Part shown: positions 51,661-63,096 of the stretch, in pieces
Layout of the letters: each line of letters opens with the position of its first letter
How positions within the stretch are numbered: the first letter of the stretch is position 1
Assembly (NCBI GenBank): GCA_012295275.1
Contig: CM022670.1
Coordinates: 37,448,001-37,512,000, forward strand
Direction of reading: 5' to 3'
DNA length: 64,000 bases
Source of the DNA: Chrysomallon squamiferum
Lineage: Eukaryota > Animalia > Mollusca
Notes under the pieces: model-generated
Told to the model about the DNA's origin: nothing
Databases searched by the model: none
What the model saw: only the letters and a program-made list of their open reading frames with translations
Translations under genes and position numbers: made by a program

Positions 51661-52083
51661 TCTATATTTGTTTTTTAAAAGCAAGAGTTAAATGGAAATA
51701 GCTGGAATGTTTATTCGATATAAATCTATATGAAATACAGCTGACATGATTACAACTCTTGAAACATTTTTCTATGAAAACGACGACAGCAGCAGCAACA
51801 ACAACAAAAGAAAAAAAAAAACAACAACAAAACAACACAAAATAATTCCAAACAACTTCCGGAAAATTCATCTTTGTAGTAAAATCCAGCAAACAGTTTA
51901 TCGCAGATACGTTTCCGTATTTTATTTAATGTCATCGTCAACTGGTATGTTTACTATTGTTATTTCTTTTTTAAGGTTAATAACAACAATAATAATAATT
52001 TCGAATTATTAAATCTAAGCATGAGGATCAGAAATAAGTAAGGACAGTTCAGGGAAAAAAAACAATTGGAAATATACAGCATA

Positions 52084-52121
<38 letters not shown>

Positions 52122-52663
52122 CTATATATTTTTTAACAACAAATCTTGCAGCTAATGTAAATATCGTTCAAAACACAAATGATAGGATGTCTGTAATATA
52201 CTGATTTTTTTATTTTTTATTTTATTTTTATTTATTTATTTATTTATTTTTTTTTTTTTTTTTTTGTCGTCTGCTATAATTAAAAGCCGGATTCACGGAT
52301 ATCTGGATTTCTCTATTGTTTCTTTAAAATAATAATAATAATTAAAAAAAAAAAAAAAATGTATTTGTGATGCGGAAACCAGAGCGTTTGTCACCAACTG
52401 TTAATATCTGAACCAGCGAATCGTGGTTAATGATTTCTGCAGCTTATAGGCTCCAGAAATTTACAACAATAGCAGAAAAAAAAATGGCGTCCGTCAGGGG
52501 GAATGTAAAGTATTAATGATATTCGATATTAACGGTCCTCAGCATTTGATTATGTCGGTTGCATTCTCTTCAATGATAATAATAGTTATTATTGATTAAT
52601 CTTTTTATTTATTTATCTAATTAATTATTTATTATTATTATTGTTGTTTTTATTTATTTATTT

Positions 52664-52724
<61 letters not shown>

Positions 52725-53294
52725 TGCAAGCTAAAGGTGACAATATTTACGGTATGTGAACATTTTCAAAAAGGTTAAACGGTGATTATATTTCTGAATT
52801 AGCAAGCTATTTCTAGAAGTTATTTTGTTACTTAAGTCCAATAATCGAAGGATACAATTCAGGAATCTGTATTTGTGGTTGATGAAAGTGTATTACGAAA
52901 TGTGCAAAGTTGGAGTCATCAACTGGTTTTAATATACAGAGATATAAATGTTGTTTGCGATGTAATTTGCTGTTTTGAAAGTAGAAGGAAATATTTATCC
53001 GATATTATGCAGTACATTGACATGTTTTAAGTTAATCAGTATTATTTTATTCTTCTTCTACTTCTTCTTTTTTATGAAGAAAACGATTAAAAAATATTTT
53101 ATTGAAAGGACAAAAGTTTATTTTAAAAAAAGAATAATAAGAAGAAATAAACAGGAAAATTATTCTACAGGAAATTAGCAAAATGTGAACGTTATTAAAA
53201 ATAAAATGAAAAATAAGAAACACAGTTTCAACAAGAAAGAAAGATTAAACGAGAAAAAGATTTCAGAATAGGACAATACAAAAAACCTGACGCC

Positions 53295-53686
53295 ATGATG
53301 GATTTTGATGCAAACAGGGAGGTGCGACTAGAAACAATGAGAAAGAAATCAGTTAGTTCCCAAATCCTCAGAAAACATCACGATCTGCGAACGAGATACG
53401 AAAGAGAGATAAAAATGTTTGAAAGAAATAAACGAATGTTTGCGGCGGAAAATAAATACTCTCAAGCAGTCTTCAGAGAAAGACTTAAACAAATGCAGAC
53501 TCGAATAGCCAATAACCACAGCAGAGTTAAAACCGTCAAAACTGAATCTTCAAATCAACGTGATTTATGTAGACAGACATGTCATAAGTCTTCATCGAAG
53601 GGGAATAACTCGTCTGTTCCAAATTCTCAGCGCTACTTGTTCAGTGTAACCACTCAAAAGGGTCATGATAAATATATTTATTACAG
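53295..53686 (+). CDS. First coding exon of an uncharacterised basic, probably helical/coiled-coil protein (130 codons; 3' exon unresolved)
   Basis: GCCATGATGG start context, 130 open codons of non-repetitive R/K/E-rich sequence (HDLRTRYEREIKMFERNKRMF...FRERLKQMQTR) and a strong phase-2 donor AG|GTAAGG. No family recognised. Confidence 0.55.
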
Positions 53687-55202
53687 GTAAGGAGATATGA
53701 ATAAATGAACGAATGAATTTTTTTTTTTTTTTTTTTTTAAACTTACACGATTTTATATTAATGGTTATCAGACTCAATTGGACTTACCTTCTGTAATTAT
53801 AACACGAGAAAGGAAACAGCGCCCCCTGGATCAGTTATTGTCGCAGTGTTTGATTTTTTTTTTTTTACTATTTCCCGTTCCAACTCCATAACTGGGAATG
53901 TACTTTCTTGTCTGCGAGAAAGACCATAAACAAGATCTCTTTATATTAACAAACAAAGAAAAAGTGCATTGCAGCGTTATTGCAAAATGTTTGTTCTTAT
54001 TATCTGTTTTAACAATATTTGTAGTTTATTTATTTATTTATTTATTTTTGTGTTTGTTGCGTACGCCGTTAAGCTGAATTTTTTTTTTTTTTTTTTTTTC
54101 TGTGAACCATGCAGTTTTTAAGATTTATTTTTATTGGTAAGATTTCTGTATTAAACTGAACGAAGTAAAATACTTCAAAAGTATCATGAGAACATTCTTA
54201 GATTAACGAAAAATGATATCGTGTATCGTATAGCTGAAATAAATAAATAAATAAATAAATAAAATGTTTGTTAAACAACATCACGCCAACAAATATGCAT
54301 TCTGCCAACATACAAACAGGCACAGACATATTTTCGCGCACATACACGAGAAATAATTACATTAATACTAACTCAGTGTTAGTCTTCGTATTAGCTTTAT
54401 TTGGTATTTAAGATATTGTTTATTGTGAGCCATATCATTAATGTTGTCATTTATTATTTTTATCAGTGCACCGAGCTAACAAAATGGCGTTTATAATTCC
54501 AATAGATTTACCTCTTTTCAGCATGACTGAGTCTCGATTTGTGACGTGCTTACTCTGATAACATTCTGTGTAATCGATTTCTTGACGTTTGTTTTGTTGG
54601 TTCTGTTCGTTTGTTGCTTTCTATCTTAAATTTGTATGCATATGTTATTGGCGATCAAATAATAATAATAATCATAATAATAATAATAACTAATATTTAA
54701 AAATAAATGAAGATTAATTAAATTTTAAAAATCTATTTTTAGAAGTTAAACGTTAATAAAATAAATAAAAAATTACTAGAGTTATAAATATAATATAGAC
54801 ACACAAAAAGAGCAGATTTGATAGGAATTAAATAGTAATGCAGCTATGAATAAAATACAAACATCAAATCCAAAGCAAATTTTTATTGTCGATTTTTAAT
54901 CAGCTGTCTCATGAGTTAGTTAAAGTATACATTATAATTTGTGTGTAAATGGTATTTACACAGTTTTATATTCTGAGGAACTTAAATGACTACTGCTGCT
55001 ATAATTACAGGTTTGTTGTCTTTAATTTTATCAGCTACATTGATACTACCTCTACTATTTTTACTACTGCTACCACAGGAGATATAGCAAAACAACAACA
55101 ACAACAACAACAATAATAATAATAGATATGACTACATAACAATAAGCTTTACACTACTCCCTCTACAATTACTACCACTGACACCACTAGGTGTTATTGC
55201 AA

Positions 55203-55238
<36 letters not shown>

Positions 55239-55336
55239 TGATCTGATTACATAACTATAAGCTTTACAAGATATTATTTTCGTTTGATGCTTTATTCACC
55301 ATTCTGACGAAAAAACAAAACAAAACAAATAGCACT

Positions 55337-55488
55337 CTACACTAGTTCTAAGCTGGCTTCTGTTTTGTTCAAAATGTTCAAAATACTGGGATGAAGAGCC
55401 TCGTTCAAGAAGGATTCTCTGAACAAATTACATCTCTGAAAGAGAAATTTTAAATAACTTTAAATAATACAAGCAACGGCAATGAGTT

Positions 55489-55538
<50 letters not shown>

Positions 55539-58500
55539 AGAAAGTGAGCAATGGAGAAGTCTTTGTTTTTCGCATGTTATTTATTTATTTATTTATTTGC
55601 TTCCTAAATTTACATTACAATTTAACTGTTACAGAGAACATCTAAGACGAGTATGACTATAATGACAACTTAAAATTTTTCTTTCTTTCTTTCTTTCAGG
55701 AAAGATGTTAATAACAATCATCAAACAAAACAGTGGTGAAACCACAACTTGTGTATATGAATATATATATATATATATACATACACTGACAAGAAAACAT
55801 TGTCAGGCTGGAGACAGACAAACATACATGAAATTAACATATACATTCATAGATAAACACACACACACACACACACATACATATATGTATACTCTCACAA
55901 ACACTGGGATGCAGATGTACACAAATAAGCACAGAGAAACACACATACACACACAGCTGCAGGGAGGGACACATACACACAGATTTACTTACATCGTCAC
56001 ACAGTCTGTCTTCTGCACTGAAGCATATATCAAACCGGCAAGAGAAAACCAGTTTAGTGTATCCAGAAAAGGTGAAGGTACGGAAAGGACTCGACAGTAT
56101 CGCAGTGTTATTTCTTTCGGTAAAAACAATGTCAGAATTGTTTGTGTTACATCTGAAAAATAAAAATAAAATTATTTATGATACTAAGTAAAAATAAACA
56201 GTAAATATTAATGATGACGTAGGATATATATATATATATATATCCTGGTTCATCATTATGAGTTACGGCTTAGTTAGTCGATGAATTGTGTGCATTTGTT
56301 TGAAAAAAAAAAAAAAAATGAAAAAAAAAACCACCCAATGAACTGCTACTAAATGTACTAACTGTGTGAAAGCTTGAATCAAAAATTGGGTTCAGGTTGA
56401 CTGATCTGTCATAATCGATGGTCATAATTACGATTATGGGATATAATGTAAAGCAGTTAAACTCTGCTTGCTGTTAACGCATTATTTAATACAACATTTT
56501 GTTAGAAATGGTATGGAATAGTTCAGAACATATCGTGATCCTTACACGCTTCGTAAATAGCTATTGTAACTCATATTTATAAATTTAACGAATTGAAAGA
56601 GGAACAAGCAACTGGTGAAAACTGTGATGTAAAAAATTAATGTGGCTATCAGAATACCAAGATTCTAACAATTATAACGAATCCTTTTTCGCATGCGCGG
56701 CAGTGACCTTTCGATCAGTCTGCTAAATATATCACACGAGAGTCGTGTCCCTTTGTGCTTCTGTCGCCTTGACAACAGTTTAATCTATTTAGTTCAGTAA
56801 CGCATTGCATGTAAGGAACAAATGCGGACCTGCTGTTCCGTATTTTACAGATACCACGTGACTTGTTATTTAGTAAGGAACCTATTTTAAACCTACAAAT
56901 AATGAAAGTCAAACAACACTTCAGAAGGTAAAAATATATCACCCTTTTTCATCAAGGATAACCAATTTATGAGCTCCGTCTTCCGTTCCAACCAAGCAGT
57001 TATATAGGGAGATCGCCTTCACATCTAGGTCTAATAAATATATAAATAAATAAATAAATAAAGTAAGCAAATATATGGATATGCAAACACAGAAAGCCAT
57101 AAATAAACCAAGCAATAAATAAGTAATTTAAAAAAATAAAAATAAAAAAATGAATTAACAAACAAAAGTACTAATTATATGAATAAATGTTTTGTTTAAC
57201 AACACTTTAAGACGTTGTAATGATTTGTTATGAGAAACAAAACTCAGTCTGTTAGGTTTCAATTGTATTTCTTTTCAAAAAATAACATTATAATAAAAGT
57301 TAAAATATCGACTTGTATGTATTTTTTTTTTTTGTTTTATTAAAATGCTCATTCTACGATTTGTGTTTGGTTCAAATATAAAAATATGAAAAAGGAATTA
57401 AATAAGTCTAAAATCCGACAGAAAAATAATATTATTTCTGATATTATATTACAACACATACATACACATATACAGTATTCCCTCGCTATTCGCGGGGGTT
57501 GCGTTCTTTACCCCCCCCCCCGCGAATAGCGAAAAACCGCGAATATTGGATGCAGTTTTAAAACGTCTATTATGAGATTATATACGGTACTAAATGCTTC
57601 CCAAACACTTTCTAAAGACACTCTTACTCATTAATACAGTAATAATGTAGTAATTTTGCATGCAGTTATGTATTTCACTAATGTAGTAATGATAATGTAA
57701 ACGCATTTTAATTTTGTACTGAAACAATATTTTAATCAGAAAGAAACGTAAGTACAGGAGGACAGTAACACCGCATAGCATAGTTACCCATACTGTATTA
57801 CTGTACCGTAAAGTCATTTTCTATGCGTACAACATATGTATTAGAATTGACAGAAAGTGGAACAAATTTAAAGGCAAACAGACAGATAAATACAGTACGC
57901 ACAGTTCAGGTAATAATAATACAATTCAGTAATAATATGCAATTAAAAACATTATTAATACACGGTCACAAAAAATATGCACTGTACATACAGTGTATGC
58001 ATTTATAAAAAAATACGTACGGTATTGCAACAATAATTGAAAAAAATTGATATTGTTTGTGCGGTTTACCGAGCATTTGTTTTTATGACGTTATGACGCT
58101 AGCCTGGTATACCAGCATACGATGCGATAGGGTTAAGAGCCTAACCCGCGAATATGCGGGGCCGCGAATGGGGAACCGCGAACAGGTGAGGGTATACTGT
58201 ACACATACATATATACATTTCCCTCCCTCTAACATCTTCAGTTTTTATTGTAATTTAGAAAGGCAAAACAATTTTACAAAATTCTCTAATAGACAATTAT
58301 GATCTTTAGTGATATTCTAAAAGTAATTACAAATGACAGCTTATATTGTGAAAACGACCGATACTATTGTACAGATCACATTATACTTTGTGAGAATAAA
58401 AAATAATTATTTGAAAAAAAAAAAAAAAAAAAAACCTGTATATGCATCTGCTTACTTTTTTCTCTATTTCTTTTTTTCTTTCTTTTCTTTTCTTTTCCTT

Positions 58501-59900
58501 TCTTTTCTTTTCTTTTTTTTTTCATTGCTGTCTCATAAATAAAGATTAACATTTCATTATTATGATATAGTTAATATTTTTTGGTTTTGTTGTTTTTTGT
58601 TGTCTTGTTCTGAGTTTATAAAATGTATTTATTTATTTTTCATTTCATTTTTTTTTTAATTATTATTATTTCCAAATAAAAATAAAAATAATAATTAAAA
58701 ACCAAGCAAACAAAACAAACTAAACACAAAACAAAAGACAATTATAGACTTTCAAAACGTTTATCATTTTTCTTTGATAATTATTATAGAAATGGAGACG
58801 CCAAATAAGGGAGATAATTACTGAAAATCTTATACTGGGTCGATTATCGCATTTCGTAAGTGGACTTTGTGCCAAGTTAATAATTTTGCAGCAACAAAGA
58901 AATTTTCGTACAGTAGAACGACAAAGAACAGATTATTTAAATTGTATATTTCAAAATTAAAATGAAACATTATTAAAGCATATTAGCCAAAGCTGTCACT
59001 GGCTGATTTTAGCGTTAATACACTAACTAAACTAGTTGAATCGTGTAGAGCCACAGACTATTCATCAGTGTATATTTTTTCTTTCACGTTAAACCGGTGA
59101 AATGCTTCTTTTTTACTTGCGGTTGTTCATGTTAGTTTTATATATATATTTAGACTTCAGAAATCATTATCACTTATTTCCCTTAAGTTCAAAAATTAAA
59201 AATAATATATATAAAATTTCCAACGATCAGTCATCAGTTTGCAATGATTATTGATAGGAAAACAAAGGGAAAAAAACGAGAAAAGCTATTGGCTCTTTCG
59301 ACAAGCCAAAGGAAGCTTCGACAGTTTTATACGACCTTTTGATATTTAAACTAGCAACAAAACGAGAAATTTTGTTTGACCATTTTTATATTCGTGCTAG
59401 CTTCAGAAGAACACATTGTACCATTTAACGATACCTTTTTGACATAATCACATCGGCTGTCAGATGCGATTCACAGTTAAAAACACAGTTTGAATTAAAA
59501 CACGAAGCAGAGACACGAAAATACATATACCACGACGATCGATAAACCATCGCATAGCAGTGAGTTGAACGGGACAGGGTCCACCAAAGAAAAAAAAAAA
59601 GAGGAAATATTAACCAAGCTACCCATCACTATTCGAGCATATGATCTAAATTTGTATTGCTATGTGTAATGTATTTACCACTTTGATTCGTAGCCGTCAG
59701 GCGAATAACGAGTCTAACATTATGGTTTGCTTTGACCTTCTTCAACAACTTTCCGGTGAAAGGGTCCTCCACTGCAAGTTCTGCTTGAACTGTGGTCCTT
59801 TTCAGTTGCTTTCTTCGCATTTTATACCTGCCAGTTGAAGTATATTGCAATCCATAACATTACATTATTATTATTACTGTTATTATTATTGTTATTATTA

Positions 59901-59935
<35 letters not shown>

Positions 59936-60031
59936 GTGTTATCAGAATTATAATTATTTATATTATTGTTTATTCACAATGTTTATGCAAACGTTCGTCG
60001 AGTTCGTATTGTCACTGAACTTACAGTTCAG

Positions 60032-60083
<52 letters not shown>

Positions 60084-60831
60084 AATATTATTATTAAAAC
60101 TGTGTGATATATTACTACTACTATTATTATTTGAAAATTAATTCTGTGCAGAAATTTTGAAACTAAACACTACCTCTTATTGTCAGTTGACGATTCTGTT
60201 CTTAGGCTGTCCGCTTTATCAAAGTCACATGTCATTTCAAATATAACGTCATAGACAGATTCTGTCCCGCTAAACTCGGCGAACAGGAATTTCCATTTGT
60301 AAATATTAGCCGAGATCTGTAGCAAGATATAAAAATAATTAGGTAAATCTGAAGAAAAAAGAAAATCAGTAGAAGGAACATATATCTATATTAATATCTA
60401 TATCTGTCTATATGTTAATAATGTTAATATTCTTAATGCAAAAAGTACGGGTTATCCGAAATGCTTAAGGTCAGAAATGTCGCCGATTCCTTAATTGGGG
60501 AATATCTACAGAAATCACGGGAATGGTATACACGTTTTAATCACGCAATCTATTTATTTTTTAATAGCAGTCTAAGTAAACAGCCTGAACGCAGTTTTGT
60601 ACAACATTTTTAATAACTTTTTGCATGAAATAAAGCCTGAGTACACTAAATGGTCGGCTGCTCAGAAAAAACAAAAGAAAAAACAAAAAAAAGGTTTCAG
60701 ATTTCGGATGTTTTCGGATTTCGGAATTTCTGTTTACTGATGGTCAACCTGCGAAATCATTTACTTCCTGTCATAAGGAAATAATAATAAAAAAATAAAT
60801 AAATAAATAGATAAATAAATTAAATAAATAA

Positions 60832-60865
<34 letters not shown>

Positions 60866-61300
60866 CTATTAAATTAACACACAAATAAAAACGTACGTGC
60901 TCAACTCCACACTCTGGTTCAAAGTCGCTGGAGTTAATCGGACTGTTGATTGTCAGATGAAGCTGTTTGTTCACAAAACTGAAAGTACTCTTATTACACG
61001 TCTGTACAGGGTTGTCGGACTTGTCCAGAGCTATCACATTTCTGTAATTGATTCCATGTTGATCGGCTCGTATTATTAAAGCTTTTCCACGATCACGTGA
61101 ATTTAAGCAGTAATAAAGTGCTTCAGAAAAGAAAGAAAAAAAGAAGAAGAAGAAAAGAAACAGCTGTTCATTAATTACGTTCAGAAATCATCAAATGTAA
61201 TAAAATTATATTATAATATGGTTGTCATACTGTTGTGTCTATAGCATGTTATATTAACATATCCTATTTTTAAACCATGTTTATAAATTATAAGATCATA

Positions 61301-61331
<31 letters not shown>

Positions 61332-61608
61332 CATACATACACATACATACATATTAGCACGTACTACAGCCTTAAATAAAATATTTACGGAGCACTGAAA
61401 TAATCCAATGTTCGACTGAGCTCTACTGATATTTGAAAAATTTAGATATAAGTTAAAATTAAATATCTTGAAATATTTTTAACAGAACCGTTGGAAGATA
61501 CAATCAAATTATTTTAAAATAATTATAATAATAATAAGTAAATAAATAAATAAATAGATACATTTGTTAACTATTAAATATTAAACCTACCTGTTACCGG
61601 GACTTTAC
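55337..61608 (-). CDS. Zona pellucida (ZP) domain protein, 5'-incomplete, 7 visible exons, about 293 aa
   Basis: Exons 61608-61591, 61120-60897, 60316-60174, 59827-59679, 57030-56943, 56152-55993, 55435-55337, all GT-AG with consistent phases. ZP-N cysteines: YYC, QTC, ECG, DVIFEMTC. ZP-C: VRLVIRL, SLYNC, VILDEKGC, SSPFRTFTF, LVFSCRFDIC, LCDDRC. Stop TAG at 55339-55337 with AATAAA about 40 nt downstream (55296-55291). Resembles molluscan egg-coat/shell-matrix ZP proteins as recalled. Confidence 0.87.
57473..58199. mobile_element. Tigger/pogo-type non-autonomous DNA transposon (MITE, MER2-like ends), 727 bp
   Basis: Left TIR CAGTATTCCCTCGCTATTCGCGG versus reverse complement of the right end CAGTATACCCTCACCTGTTCGCGG. 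TA on both sides (57471-57472, 58200-58201), subterminal CCGCGAA repeats at both ends, no transposase ORF. Inserted in a CATA/CA-rich tract in a ZP-gene intron. Confidence 0.9.
60447..60751 (-). mobile_element. Tigger4/Zombi-like MITE in a ZP-gene intron
   Basis: Minus strand begins CAGGTTGACCATCAGTAAACAGAAATTCCGAAATCCGAAAACATCCGAAATCTGAAAC, contains TTTATTTCATGCAAAAAGTTATTAAAAATGTTGTACAAAACTGCGTTCAGGCTG and ends CATTTCTGACCTTAAGCATTTCGGATAA. These match the ends and subterminal block of Tigger4 as I recall them. The left-hand TIR is partly deleted. Confidence 0.75.
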
Positions 61609-61855
61609 CTGCAGTGAAATAGAAAAGAAAATCATATAAAATAAGCGAGTGTATTAATGTAATAATCATATACACACACACACACACATACACATTATTA
61701 TTATTATAAGTTGTTGTTGTAGTTATTTTTTGTTTGTTTATTTATTTTATTTCATTTCATTAAATTTTCCTTATTATTATTATTATTATTATTATCATCA
61801 TCATCATTAATATTTTTTTATGGGAGTGAATTGCTATTTGTTTATTTTATATCAG

Positions 61856-61856
61856 T

Positions 61857-61933
<77 letters not shown>

Positions 61934-62338
61934 AGACGAAGAAGAAAAAGAAGATGAAAGAAAAACTGAACTAGTTAGAACTACGTTGAATATCTGCCTG
62001 CTTTTGATGAAATCAATCTTGAATTTTTTTTATTTTATTTTATTTTAATGTTTTTTTTTTTTTTTTGCTTGGTTNNNNNNNNNNNNNNNNNNNNNNNNNN
62101 NNNNNNNNNNNNNNNNNNNNNNNNNNNNNNNNNNNNNNNNNNNNNNNNNNNNNNNNNNNNNNNNNNNNNNNNNNNNNNNNNNNNNNNNNNNNNNNNNNNN
62201 NNNNNNNNNNNNNNNNNNNNNNNNNNNNNNNNNNNNNNNNNNNNNNNNNNNNNNNNNNNNNNNNNNNNNNNNNNTCTTTGTCTTTGTTTCATTCATTTTT
62301 CTAGTGTTGTTTCCCTTTAAGTCATACGCTTTCATTCT

Positions 62339-62404
<66 letters not shown>

Positions 62405-63001
62405 ATAACACACAACACACACAAACACACACACACACACACTCACTCACACACACACACACTGACAGACACAAAGACACACACATATCTATAAACATGG
62501 TAATTATAGATCTCTGAATTTCAGGTAACTACATTTGTCCTAAATCGGGCGCATGGATGTTAAAAGGCAAGAAATGCTATAAATGGGGACCATCACCAAA
62601 AACATTTACAAGCGCCAGAGAATTTTGCCAGTCAGAAAACGCCAAAATCCAGGTGCCGGAAAATGAGGAAGAAAACAACTTATTTATAGGTATAATGAAG
62701 TTTGATTGTCAAATCTGTTACGGGAACAAAACCGACTGTCTCTCTGCCTCGTTATAATAAATAAATAAATAAACAATAATTAGTAGTAGTAGTAGTACTA
62801 GTAATACTTGTTGTTGTTGTTGTTGTAGCAGTAGTAGTACTAGTAGCAACAGCAACAGTAAAAATAATATTTAAAATACAATATTTTATTTTTTAATTAT
62901 TTCAGAACAAGACAGCAGTGCAAAATATTGGCTGGGATTGTCACCAGATAGCCAAAATGTTCGTGAAAAAACTTTTAGTAATGTACAGTAGCTGGAGGTA
63001 T

Positions 63002-63092
<91 letters not shown>
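61856..63092. repeat. Microsatellite-dense zone around the gap: (AAC)n(AAT)n, (CT)n(AC)n, (TAG)n(TTG)n, (CT)n
   Basis: Tracts at about 61856-61931, 62342-62485, 62780-62860 and 63007-63092. Confidence 0.9.
62075..62274. other. Assembly gap (200 N)
   Basis: Run of exactly 200 n; the true size is unknown. Confidence 1.

Positions 63093-63096
<4 letters not shown>

Noticed and set aside
50803-52012. Duplicated 83/88-aa ORFs (MITTLETFF...) kept open by compensating indels
   Set aside because: Low-complexity (AAC)n/A-run content, different middle peptides in the two copies, and splicing to 53171 hits TAG at once; at most a uORF.
53788-53911. Minus-strand exon-like segment with strong acceptor and AAG|GTAAGT donor
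   Set aside because: Stops in all three frames even allowing for A-run slippage; cannot be supported as coding, though a non-coding or decayed exon is not excluded.
56715-56942. 75-aa Cys-containing ORF inside the ZP gene
   Set aside because: Lies in the intron after exon 57030-56943; the ZP-C motif DEKG|C is contiguous without it.
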